In this document: positions 50,504 to 63,300 of the stretch, piece by piece
Layout of the letters: each line of letters opens with the position of its first letter
Position numbering within the stretch: position 1 is the stretch's first letter
NCBI RefSeq assembly: GCF_004010195.1
Contig: NC_057747.1
Location: 17,496,036-17,560,035 of the forward strand
Direction: 5' to 3'
Source: Chiloscyllium plagiosum
Taxonomy: Eukaryota
DNA: 64,000 nt
Program-made: the position numbers and the translations under genes
The notes under the pieces: model-generated
Seen by the model: the letters and a program-made list of their open reading frames with translations, nothing else
Database searches by the model: none
What the model was told of the DNA's origin: nothing

Positions 50504-50720
50504 GAGAAAGTGAGGACTGCAGATGCTGGAGATCAGAGCTGAAAATGTGTTGCTGGAAAAGCGCAGCAGGTCAGGCAGAATCCAAGGAGCAGGAGAATCG
50601 ATGTTTTGGGCATGAGCCCTTTCCTCATTCCTGAAGAAGGGCTCATGCCCGAAATGTCGATTCTCCTGCTCCTTAGATGCTGCCTGACCTGCTGTGCTTT
50701 TCCAGCAACACATTTTCAGC
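50504..50720. mobile_element. Palindromic Penelope-associated element, 84-bp inverted arms, 15-bp TSD ACAGAAAAAGATCAG
   Basis: Arms at 50538-50621 and 50637-50720; TSD at 50489-50503 and 50721-50735; hammerhead-like core at 50631-50658. Confidence 0.88.
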
Positions 50721-52850
50721 ACAGAAAAAGATCAGTAAACCACTTAATAGAGACTTTCGTTAGAGTATTCAAAGCAGTTGCTTATGCAGCCAAAAAAAAT
50801 GTTATCATTGGAAAGATAAAGGGTTAAAATTATCCACTGAAATTGAGTTGTAATAAATGATTACTGGCAAAGGAACTGGATGAGTATTTGAAAAAGATGA
50901 CTAGGAAAATACAGGCAAATGATAGTGGGAGTTGCATGACTGTAATGATCTCCTACAGTGGTGTAATTTCAACAAATCCATTTATCGTCAAAATAATCAG
51001 AAACTTCACTGCTGCATTTCTGATGAGTTGTCTATTACTTAATTTGATTTTTTGGCGAAACAGCACAGCTTCAGAACAAATATGAACAAATTTATGTGGC
51101 AGGTTCTGAGATTAAATGTCACTTCTGATTGATTAGAATGAAGTGTTAGAAAAATTATTTTCCTGTAACTTCCTAGCAGCAAACCTTATACGACAGGACT
51201 GGGAAAGGCAAAATAGCAGTTAGCATTTCTTCATTTGCTGCCACAGAAATTCTTTAACTTTTCATGCCATCGCATTCATTAGTAACTGGGCATTTATTTA
51301 AATAGGGTACAGAAGCCATTGCAAAAGTCAAGCTGAAAAGCTTGCATAGGGTTTTTAGCAGAAGTAAATCTGAAGTAGGTGGGAATCACTGTCAGGAAGG
51401 GAATTACAGTCAGAAAATTGTGACACTTTAGTCTGCTAGGAGCATTGTTAAAGCCAGTTAAAATATCAGGAGTTTAGAGAGGTCAGATTCTAGAGTCATA
51501 TTTACTGAACAGAGCTATTCTGAATTAACAAGCACCATTTTTGCAAATCATAGCATAAAAACGCAGAATAGAGAGGAAAATGCATTGATTTTTAATGAAT
51601 TTATTCTGTGACAAATATTATGTAAACAATTGTACACTCGTATTATGCTCTTAATTCTTTGTATTCAACCTTAGATTTGGAATTTATTCATATTAACATC
51701 ACCTGCCTGTGAATTTCAGCATGACCTTCAGCTGCCTTCATGGCACAGTTTTTGTTTCATGAATATAAAATATGTGATAAAAATAATATAGATGATAGAA
51801 AGTGGGGCTGTGATTGAACTTCTGTTTTCAGATGACACCATAAACAATTTGAGTTTTGCTATCAAGACTTGTCAGCTAAAACTGTGACAAAATTACAGCC
51901 TTATTATTCACTCCCAACCAGCCATAATTCTGTTCCAGTTTCAAGTATACATTTCTGATCCTTGCCAGACTATAAACAAATCTGCACAAAAAATTGCAAT
52001 GATTCACAATAGGTATTGTGCAAACATGATTTTTTTTTATCATTTGCATATAACCTTAGTACAAAATAAAATTTGGACAAAATCTATATTCTTATATCAT
52101 TTGTCAGGAGTGATTTTGTGGTTTTATGTCAATTTTGCACAGGAAAGTATAAATGTACGTCAAACATTTAACTCAACAGTTTTCAATGCCACACTCTTTT
52201 AATTAATGTTTGCAAATCTGATAGTGGAATTAAAATACTGTACATAATTTAGGGGTACAAATGTATCTTTAAATTGTGTCTACCCCATAAAATTTCTTCC
52301 TGAAGAATTAATAAAATGGAAAATGTGTGTAAAAATGGGGAAGAAAGACTTTCATTTCCCCATTTTGCATCTTGCACCATCATCAGCATGAACACCCAGA
52401 CTTTGTGAAAGACTGTGACAGCTATCTCATCCCATTATTATATTCTGATGACCCTTATTGCCTCTTCCAGCTAGCAGGTTACTTCAAATCAAAACAGTTA
52501 AATTGTTCAATAAATTTGATAAATTATTTTGCAGTAAACTGATTGATGAACTGAGGAATTACAGCCAAGCATTTTAATATTTCGAGAGAATAAGACAACT
52601 TTTTTCTGCTCAATACTATCTTGCATGCATCCTGTTCAGACCTTATAACTTTTTTCAACTTACATACGCCTTAAAAGACCATTTTAAACAAATGGGTGGA
52701 AACAGATTGTGGTGTAAATAGTACAGGAAGCCTACTGACCCTCAAATGACCTGGACAACAAAACACTTTGAAACCATGTTAACATTGCCACAGGAGCTAA
52801 AATTGTGAATATGAAAAATCTAAAATTGAAACAAGGAAAGCTGTTTCCAG

Positions 52851-53612
52851 TCATAGAGTCATAGAGATGTACAGCACAGAAACAAACCCTTCGGTCCAAT
52901 CCGTCCATGCCAGGCAGATATCCCAACCCAATCTAGTCCTACCTGCCAACACCCAGCCCATATCCCTCCAAACCCTTCCTATTCATATACCCATCCAGAT
53001 GTCTTTTAAATGTTGCAATTGTACTAGCCTCCACCACTTCCTCTGGTAGCTCATTCCATACACATACCAACCTCTGAGTGAAAAAGTTGTCCCTCTTTGA
53101 TATATTTTCCCTCTCACCCTAAACCTATGCCCTCTAGTTCTGGACTCCCCAACCCCAGGGAAAAGACTTTGTCTATTTATCCTATCCATGCACCTCATAA
53201 TTTTGTCAATCTCTATAAGGTCACCCCTCAGCCTCCGACGCTCCAGGGAAAACATCCCTAGCCTATTCAACCTTTCCCTATAACTCAAATCATCCAATTC
53301 TGGCAACATCCTTGTAAATCTTTTCTGAACCCTTTCAAGTTTCACAACATCTTTCCAACAGTGGCCTAACCAATGTCCTGTATGGCCACAACATGACCTC
53401 CCAACTTCTTAACCCAATAATCTGACCGATGAACGAAAGCATACCAAACACCTTCTTCATTATCCTATCTACCTACGACTACACTTTCAAGGAGCTATGA
53501 ACCTGCACTCCAAGGTCTCTTTGTTCAGCAACACTCCCTAGGACCTTACCATTAAGTGTATAAGTCCTGCTAAGATTTGCTTTCCCAAAATGCAGCAACT
53601 TGCATTTATCCA
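52851..53612 (-). mobile_element. CR1 LINE 3' fragment
   Basis: Minus [26 protein letters not shown]. Confidence 0.9.
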
Positions 53613-54814
53613 GCAATTATGTATTTTCAGAATGGTTGTTTTTGTTAACTCTGACAAAGGGTTACTGACCTGAAACATTGGTCTAGACTCTTTTAGTGTC
53701 ATGGAAACACAACTACTCATCCAAAACAGCACGAGGAACCCAGAGCCTCAAGTCCCAACACCATTTCTGACCATATCCTTAATGAGAGGTAGGAATTTCT
53801 AGCTTCAATAAGGTCTGTGGAACTGTCAATTTGTCAGTTAATCAAATAAATCTGATCAATATAACCCCCTACCCATTAAATTTTGGATTTGTTTTAAAAT
53901 GTGAGCTGAAAGAATCAGTTTCAATAGATGTTTGTTGACATATTCCTAAGTGCTATAACAAAGACATCGTTACTGCTTGACTGATTTCACAACCTTTCAT
54001 TATGATGGGGGTGGGAGTTTGGCTGTAAATTAACAATTGTTTTACAATTACAGGAGGTTATTAGAGTTGACTTTGATGTGGAGCTATGAATATAAATGTA
54101 TTGTATATAGGAGATTTACATTTATCAAATGAAGGGCTAAGGCTAGATCCTTTGCAGAGCTAACAATGTGGGAGCTGAAAGAGAAAACATTGATTAAATT
54201 CTCTCGTGATAATTAGATATGATTGCCAATAGTTGAGTGTAGCACGACTCTCCTGAATAACGTCAGAGAGCTGTTGGAACGGAATGGTTTGGTCAGAGGT
54301 TTCGAAGGCTGTAAACAAGATGAGAAGGGGATCGAGAATAGTTTACTTCCGACAGTCATCAGTTATGACTGTGATCAGAGCCCTTTCAGTACTGTGACCA
54401 GGCTCGAAGCCTACATAGAGAGATTCAGACATGGAGTTCCAGAAAAGGCAGGGTAGACTGAAAAAGTGGCAACATGTTCAAAGACTTTGGAGAAGGAAAG
54501 GAGGTTTCAGAGCAGGCAGGAGATTGGAAGGAGGGAAGGGTTGGAGTTTTGATTTGATTTATTGCAGTCACGTGTGTCTAAATACAGTTAAATGTTTTTT
54601 ACAAGCAGTACAGACAGATCATAGCAATCAAGGACATACAGATCATAGCATGTATAACGACAGATCCAAGTGACAGGGAGACAATACTAAACATTAGCAG
54701 GTTAACATTATCAGCTAACAAGGGAACCAGGAAGGGAAGTTGGGTGGCTATTAATATGAACAACTTCTGTATACCACCAAAAGCTAGAGAAACTACAACA
54801 TGTCCCTCAATAAC

Positions 54815-55360
54815 ACTGTTGGAATATTGTGTGCAATTCTGGTCTCCTTCCTATCGGAAAGATGTTGTGAAACTTGAAAGGGTTTGAAAAGATTTACAAG
54901 GATGTTGCCAGGGTTGGAGGATTTGAGCTATAGGGAAAGGCTGAACAGGCTGGGGCTGTTTTCCCTGGAGCGTCGGAGGCTGAGGGGTGACCTTATAGAG
55001 GTTTACAAAATTATGAGGGGCATGGATAGGGTAAATAGGCAAAGTCTTTTCCCTAGGGTCAGGGAGTCCAGAACTAGAGGGCATAGGTTTAGGTTGAGAG
55101 GGGAAAGATATCAAAAAGACCTACAGGGCAACTTTTTCACACAGAGGGTGGTACATGTATGGAATGAGCTGCCAGCGGAAGTGGTGGAGCTGGTACAATT
55201 GCAACATTTAAGAGGCATTTGGATGGGTATATGAATAAGAAGGATTTGGAGGGATATGGGCCGGGTGCTGGTAGCTGGGACTAGATTGGGTTGGGATATC
55301 TGGTCGGCATGGACGGGTTGGACCGAAGGGTCTGTTTCCATGCTGTACATCTCTACGACT
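54815..55360 (+). mobile_element. CR1 LINE 3' fragment
   Basis: [31 protein letters not shown]. Confidence 0.9.
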
Positions 55361-56154
55361 GTATAATAAACTGAGCACCATAAACCACTCTAAGCCACAA
55401 AGGAATCATTAATGTGAACCAAGAGCCATTAATGCCTTTTATGCAGCTATCAAGGTGCTGGAACACACTAACTTTCAGAGTTTTACATTGCTGGACGCCA
55501 AAATGAAAAAAATTACTTTACGTCATTGACTGAGTTTCAACAACCGCCGACATATAACCTGAAAAAAAAAACCCACTGACAAAACATTAAAAAGTTACAC
55601 CAACTCTGAAAATCTGAAACGAAAGAGGATTAGAGGCAAAATACCACGGATGCTAGAAACCCGGAACAAACCCAGGAAATGATGGGGAAACTGAGCAGAT
55701 CTGACAAGTGTCTCGGATGAGAGAAACAGGCAACGCTTCGAGTCCAATCTGAACCATCCAGAAACATTTATTGTATTTCTCTCTCCCCAGAGGCCACCAG
55801 ACCTGCTGAGTTTCCCCAGGATTTCTGTTGTTTCTTATTAAAGAAAGGGGACCTTTGTTTCTTGTCTGATGCACATCAGCTTTTTTGCATAATGCATTGT
55901 TTGACAGTAACGCAATCACACGAACTGGGAATGTCTGCACGGTCACAGCAGAACGGGCTGGATATTGAAGCAAAACAAGTCAGCTCCGACCAAAACTAAA
56001 CCTTTAGACAGCACCGAAGGAGAGCAGAAAGATTTGTCACAGCGAAACCTGGAAAAGTTAGCGACTGTTCTTCTATCGAGTTCAAAACTCAGAAGGGACC
56101 CACGGAAGTTTTTTTTTAAAAAATCACTCAATGCTTCCACCAATAATGATTTCA

Positions 56155-56167
56155 CTTCCTTAGCAAC
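56155..56167 (+). promoter_or_regulatory. Candidate RFX X-box in the C10orf53 promoter
   Basis: CTTCCTTAGCAAC, with one strong TAGCAAC half-site about 65 nt upstream of the ATG; CCAAT (56140-56144) and CGGAAG (56103-56108) nearby. Confidence 0.45.
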
Positions 56168-56231
56168 GTTTTGTATTGTTGTCAGGTCGGGTGGCGGGGT
56201 GGGGGGTAGTGGGGCTGCAGTGGGAGCTGGA

Positions 56232-56325
56232 ATGCCACAGGCAGCGCTAGTGACAATTCGTTACGGGCCGTATGAATCCTGTGGGGTGGTGGATTACAGG
56301 ACCAGCCGCCTGCAGGGCTTGCAAG
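56232..56325 (+). CDS. C10orf53: C10orf53 (UPF0728) homolog, coding exon 1 (MPQAALVTIRYGPYESCGVVDYRTSRLQGLQ); later exons not found in the window
   Basis: Matches the recalled human N-terminus MPKNAVVILRYGPY...FRLQGLQ; strong donor AAG|GTAAGC; same position downstream of CHAT as in human. Confidence 0.88.
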
Positions 56326-58082
56326 GTAAGCAAAGGCCGCAAGCTCACCTCTGCCTGATGAAGGGCTTTTGCCCGAAACGTCGAGTCTCCTGCTCCTCGG
56401 ATGCTGCCTGACCTGCTGTGCTTTTCCAGCAGTACACTGACCTAGACTAAAGCTCCCAACACTCTACCTGCAGCGCTATTCACTCTGAAAGAATGGCAAC
56501 CCGATGAGGGGAATTATTTGTAAACCTCCATTGGACAAAAAAAAAACGCAAAATAAATTCTCTGTCCCCAGTTGTATATCTGCCTGAAATGATTTGGGAA
56601 GTGGAGAAATTATGTTAATTCTACATGGAGTCTTTACAACTAGAGTGCTAGGAGAAAGTGAGGACTGCAGATGCTGGGTATCAGATAAGGGCTTATGCCT
56701 GAAACGTCGATTCTCCTCTCCTCGGATACTGACTAACTAATAACTAGAGTAACCGTATGAAGTTCTGGTCACGACTCGAAACTTAACTATGTTTCTCTCT
56801 CCACCGATGCTGGGTTTGTCCAACAATTTCTGTCTCTGTCACAGTCCCACTGTCTAGCCATGCCATTTAGCACAGGCACAGAGCCAGGGAGTGTGTTATG
56901 GGTGTCAGCAGTCTTCAGCCAACACAGGGGTATAGCCTTCATTCAGGGGATTCCAGCCCAGAAAGTCAAGGGCAGCCTCTGCCACCAGACCAGAGGCTTG
57001 GCCATAGACAGTCCGTTAGGATGCTCTCAACATAATGTTGGGCTGCACACCACTCGTTTTGACTCAATTTGCTCTATTGCCAGCTGTTTTTGTTTTCTGA
57101 TTTTTCAAGAAGCAAGCTATCTCAAGTCATTGTTTATTTTGAAGTCAAGTTACAGATGAGCTGGCGCCAGGGGACCTGTGTATAAATGGAGGTTCGGGTA
57201 GCTGAATGGTCTGGAGATGAGGGACCACTTATTTTTCTTCCTTGTTTCTTTGTGTGTGTGTGTAGTAACTCAGTAAAAAAAAGACACCATTGTGCAAAAG
57301 CTTTATTCCATACCTCCCACCACCAGGAAAACACCTATGTGGCCAGTGAACCATTAACAAGCAAAGCTGGATAAGGACAATGCTTAAGTGAAGAACATGA
57401 AGGGGAAGGGAGAGACCAGTTATCAATGACAAAGCTCTCTTGTCTGCCAATGACTATGCTATTGACTCCGAGTTGGCTGAACAGCTTATGAATGTGAATG
57501 CTTGAGGGAGATTGAATCTCCAAAAAAGGGAAGGAGCTGTTTTCCCTCTGCAGTTAAAAAACATCTCAAGCCTAAAGATAGCAGTTTATTTCCCCTTGCA
57601 ACAAGCTGTGACTTTAAATGAATAAGTCAGAAATTTTTCTAAGTTACAAACCAGTCACCCTGTGCCTGCTACAAACAGATAAAACTTCCTGCAGAAGGAA
57701 GATCAAGAAACAGCATTCTGATCAGAAGAAAAATTATCCTAGGCAAACCCTGTGAACAGAGACTGGGAACTGTCTTCCCAATCTTTCACTCCACCCAGAA
57801 CATGCGTTTTTGTGTCTGTGTGTGTGTATAGAGGGGAGTCCTATAAATGTTGGAGTTTTTATTAGTATAGTTATATGTCAATGGTTCATCATTGTTTCTG
57901 TTGGAATCAATGTATTTGCAATGAATCGTACTTTTTGTTAAGTATAGAAACCTAGTCTGCATTTTCTGCCACTCTGGGTCTAATTGATAATTAAATTGGG
58001 GAACTCTGTGTTTTAACGTTGGTGATGACTCAGGGAAGAGCGGGACTTGACTTTCAACTCTATCCAGGTGACATGTAACTAG

Positions 58083-58513
58083 GTTAAAAATCACACAATA
58101 CCAGGTTATAATTCAACAGGTTTTTTGGAAAGTACAAGCTTTTGGAGCGCTGCTCCTTTGGCAGGTAGCTAGTGGGGCAGGATCATAGGACACAGAATTT
58201 ACAGGAAAAGATCAAAGTCTAATACAACTGATGCAATGTATTGACCAAACCTAGATTGCTGTTAAGTCTTTAATCACTTAAAATGGGGTCACAGGTTTCG
58301 ATTCATTAATATGTAAATATATTAATATTTGTTCAATACATTGCATCAGTTGTATGACACTTTGATCTTTTACTATAAATTCTGTGTCTATGATCCTGCC
58401 CCACTAACTATCAGATGAAGGAGCAGTGCTCCAAAAGGTTATACTTGCAAATAAACTTGGTGTGATTTTTAACTTTGTCCACCCCCGTCCTACACTGGCA
58501 CCTCCACATCAGG
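58083..58513. mobile_element. Fold-back element with about 150-170-bp inverted arms, 9-bp TSD TGTAACTAG
   Basis: Arms at about 58083-58250 and 58327-58474; TSD at 58074-58082 and 58514-58522; decayed gatgaaggagcagtgctccaaaag hammerhead-like core. Confidence 0.75.
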
Positions 58514-59258
58514 TGTAACTAGTCACTCTGAGGACTTAAGAAAACCAGAACAGCAAATTCTCTTGCATGTAGAAATCTCTTGTGATTTTTTTCTCTTTGC
58601 GACATATTTATTATTTCCATATTCGTAATTTTCCATCAGCGGTTATAGATTTATCAGTAATATAGTTGCTAATTCAGAATGTTATCCACTAGGTTAGCGC
58701 TTATCATGCCAACAAAGCAATCAGCTTTCATGGTTACTGGTTGACCACTCAATTTATTAAATTCAATTTTGTAATTTAAATTCATAACATTTGCCTTACC
58801 AGTTCTGTATCATCACCATTAAGTCACCATATTACAAGTAAATCCATAACCTTGGTTAGATGAAGTATTCTTGCTCTGGGTCAAATAAGAATCTGTCATA
58901 TCATCTATCGCAACAACTCAATGTAACTATAAAGATGCATTCCACTTTGGAAAGTGTTCCTTTGAATGAGGTATTAAATTGAGGGTCAGTGTCCTGGCTC
59001 TGGATATAACATATTCCAGGTGTGTTTTCCCTTGTGTCTGAGCCAATATTTATCTGTCAACTAACATTACTACAACAACTAATACAGAAACAGAAAGTGT
59101 TGGAGAACTGACTTCTGAAGCCGTCATATTGGACTCAAAATATTAACTGTGCTCCTCTGTCTACTTTGTTTATTCATTCCTGGGATTTGGGCATTGCTGG
59201 CTAGGCCAGCTTTTATTGCTCGTCACAAATTTTGCTTTGAGAAGGTGATAGTGAGTGG

Positions 59259-59349
59259 CTTTCTTGAATTGCTACAGATATATTCGGTGTAAGTAGTCCC
59301 CAATGTTGTGACTACTTACACCGAATATATCTGTAGCAATTCAAGAAAG
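59259..59349. repeat. Perfect 40-bp inverted repeat with an 11-nt loop
   Basis: 59259-59298 is the exact reverse complement of 59310-59349. Confidence 0.95.
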
Positions 59350-60329
59350 AGTACCAGGATTTTTGACCAACTAAGGAATGGCGATATATTTCCAAGTCAG
59401 GATAGGAAGGGAAATTGCAGGTTATGTTCCTATGTATCTGCTGCCCTTGTCCTCGAGATGGATCTACTGATAGTGCCAGACCTGCAGAGTTTCTCCACCA
59501 TTGTCTGTTTTATTCCAGACCGACAATATTTTGCTTCTACTATATCAATTCGCTGGTCATCTACCACATCACGTTACTGTTTTCAGGATCTAACTGTAAG
59601 CAAATTAAGTTCTGAGCTGGACTCTCCTGTTACGTTAAAATTACTGCTTTAACTTTAAATGTATTCCTTTCATCCTTACCCCTTAGACTTGACCAGCTGT
59701 CTTGTACATCAAAATACAACGCAAGAACACCAAAGCTCAATTCATAGTTACGTCAGTGAGAAGAAATATCAGTGCCAAAATTCTCAAGCTCTCTCTACCC
59801 CACGACTTTCTTTCCTCTACCAGAATCTTGTCTGTTTATAGTTTGTTCTCTCACTTTGATTTGAACTCTTGGAATATAAATTTCACAGAATAATGTTTAA
59901 TTTATTGAATGGTTGAGTGGGCTGATGGACTGAATGGCCTTCTTCTGGTCTAATGTCGTATGGTCAGATAATAGAAGGGTTGTGCAGGAGAATATTCCTC
60001 AGAAAAGGACAATTGGGGATTTGCTGAGATAATACTTTTGTCAAAATTCCTTAATATTTATGGAGTAAAGAGGTAACGGGAGCTATTTTAACCCAACCCA
60101 CCTAAAGACTATGGATTGGGTAAAAAACTGGGTTAAACTGACCCATTTTTACTCTCCATTGAAGTCAGTTCATTTTTATCCCAGTCATATTAAAATATTC
60201 TTTTTTTAAAGGGAAAAGTTACATAGTTAAGAGCATATCATATTCAATGACCAACATTTATCAAATAATCACGATTGATCTTGAAGTTCACAGCACAGAA
60301 GCAGATTGTTGTTTTAAGTGTGACCTACA

Positions 60330-63300
60330 GAAAGGCTACAGTAGTGAATAGAGTGGGTTCTTTCTTGATTATATGTTTTGGAGATATGTCTCTTGATTAA
60401 ACTTAAAATATAAGCCATAACTATTAATTTAACCTGGGGCAGTGTTTGTAGAGGAATAAGATGGTGTTAGTTTCTGGGTCTGTACATTGTGAAGAAGCAA
60501 AAATGGCCTTTAGTAGAGTGATATGCGCTTCTTGTCAGATGTGGGAGTTTAAAAAGTTTAAGGATTACAGCGTATTATATCTGCCATAAATGCTGTTGGT
60601 TGCGAATCTTATCAGATTGAATGGATCAGTTGGAGAGACGGTTAGAAGCAATGAGGAATTTGCAACAACAACAGTACGTGATGGATGGCATTTATAGGAA
60701 GTGGGGGGGGGGGGTGGGGGGAGTCTCAGATACAGTCACATAGATGGGTTAACTCCAGGAAAAGTAAGAGAGGTAGGCAGCTAGTACAGGAGTCTTTTGT
60801 GGATATACCCATTTCAAACAAGTATGCTGTTTTGGAAAATGTATGGGGTGATGGATTCTCAGGGGAATGTAGTATGAACAGCTAAGTTTCTGGTATTGAG
60901 ACTGGCTCTAATGCAACAAGGCTTCCAAGAGATCAATTATGTTCGGGGATTCTCTAGTCCGAGGTATAGACAGACGTTTCTGTGGCCAGCAGTGAAAAAT
61001 CAGAATAGTGTGTTGCTTCCCTGGTGCCAGGATCAAGGATGTCTCAGAGAGGATGCAGAATGTTCTCACGGGGAAGAGGGGCCAGCAAAAGGTCATTGTC
61101 CACATTGGAACCAATGATATAGGAAGGGAAAAGGATTGAGATTCTGAAGGGAGATGACAGAGAGTTAGGCAGGAACTTAAAAAGGAGGTCCTCGAGAGTA
61201 GTCATATCTGGATTATCCCGGTGCTATGAGCTAGTGAGGGCAGGAATAGGAGGATAGAGCAGATGAATGCATGGCTGAGGAGCTGGTGTATGGAAGAAGG
61301 ATTCACATTTTTGGATCATTGGAATCTCTTTCGGGGTGGAAGTGACCTGTACAAGAAGGACGGATTGCACCTAAATTGGAAGGGGACTAATATACTGGCA
61401 GGGAAATTTGCTAGAGCTGATCAAGAGGATTTAAACTAGTAAGGTGGGTGGGGGAAACCCAGGGAGATGATGAGGAAAGAGGTCAATCTGAGACTGGTAC
61501 AGTTAAGAACAGAAGTGAGTCAAACAGTCAGGGCAGGCAGGGACAAGGTAGGACTAATAAATTAAACTGCATTTATTTCAATGCAAGGGGCCTAAGAGGG
61601 AAGGCAGATGAACTCAGGTTTGGAATACGGGACTGGGATATCATAGCAATTACAGAAACATGGTTCAGGGATGGGCAAGACTGGCAGCTTAATGTTCCAG
61701 GTAACAAATGCTGGAGAGAAAGGGAGGCAAGAGAGGAGGGGGAGTGGCGTTTTTGATAAGGGATAGCATTAAGTTGTGCTGACGGAGGATATTCCTGGAA
61801 ATACATCCAGGGAGGTTATTTGGGTCGAACTGAGAAATAAGAAAGGGATGATCACCTTATTGGGATTGTATTATAGACCCCCCCCAGTAGTCAGAGGGAA
61901 ATTGAGAAACAAACTTGTAAGGAGATCTCAGCTATCTGTAAGAAAATAATAGGGTGATTATGGTAGGGGATTTTAACTTTCCAAACATAGACTGGGACTG
62001 CCATAGTGCTAAGGGTTTAGATGGAGAGGAATTTGTTAAGTGTTTAAAAGAAAATTTTCTGATTCGTATGTGAATGTATCTATGAGAGAAGGTGCAAAAC
62101 TTGGTCTACTCTTGGGAAATAAGGCAGGGCAGGTGATTGATGTATCAGTGGGAGAGCACTTTGGGGCCAGCGACCATAATTCTATTAGATTTGAAATAGT
62201 GATGGAAAAGGATAGACCAGATCTAAAAGTTGAAGTTCTAAATTGGAGAAAGGCCAATTTTGACGGTATTAGGCAAGAACTTTCGAAAGCTGATTGGGGG
62301 CAGATTTTCGCAGGTAAAGGAACGGTTGGAAAATGGGAAGCCTTCAGAAATGAGAATCCAGAGAAAGTATCTTCCTGTTAGGGTGAAAGGAAAGGCTGGT
62401 AGGTATAGGGAATACTGGATGACTAAAGAAATTGAGGGTTTGGAAAAGAAAAAGAAGGAAGCATATGTCAGGTACAGGCAGGATAGATTGAGTGAATCCT
62501 TAGAAGAGTATAAAAAAACTAGGAGTATACTTAAGAGGGAACCCAGGAGGGCAAAACGGGGCCATGAGATAGCTTTGGCAAATAGAATTAAGGAGAATCC
62601 AAAGGGNNNNNNNNNNNNNNNNNNNNNNNNNNNNNNNNNNNNNNNNNNNNNNNNNNNNNNNNNNNNNNNNNNNNNNNNNNNNNNNNNNNNNNNNNNNNNN
62701 NNNNNNNNNNNNNNNNNNNNNNNNNNNNNNNNNNNCAAAAGGGTAACTAGGGAGAAAATAGAGCCCCTCAAAGATCAGCAAGGTGGCCTTTGTGTGGAGC
62801 TGCAGAAAATGGGGAGATACTAAATGAGTATTTTGCAACAGTATTTACTGTGGAAAAGGATATGGACGATATAGACTGTAGGGAAATAGATGGTGACACC
62901 TTGGAAAATGTCCAAATTACAGAGGAGGAAGTGCTGGATGTCTTGAAACGCAAAAAGGTGGATAAATCCCCAGGGCCTGATCAGGTGTACCCTAGAACTC
63001 TGTGGGAAGCTAGAGAAGTGATTGCTGGGCCTCTTGCTGAGACATTTGTATCATTGATAGTCACAGGTGAGGTGCCTGAAGACTGAATGTTGTCTATCGT
63101 AGTGCCACTGTTTAAGAAGATGGTAAGGACAAGCCAGGGAACTATAGACCGGTGAGCCTAATGTCGGTGGTGGGCAAGTTGTTGGAAGGAATCCTGAGGG
63201 ACAGGATGTACATGTATTTAGAAAGGCAAGGACTGATTAGGGATAGTCAACATGGCTTTGTGCGTGGCAAATCATGTCTCATAAACTTGATTGAGGTTTT

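Noticed and set aside
55965-56411. 148-aa ORF as a full protein
   Set aside because: Only 56232-56325 is C10orf53-like; the upstream part starts at a non-ATG codon in promoter sequence and the tail runs into an intronic repeat.
56326-60330. C10orf53 exon 2
   Set aside because: No segment resembling the expected ..GHEVILEKIEDWNVVEL.. was found; probably beyond the window.
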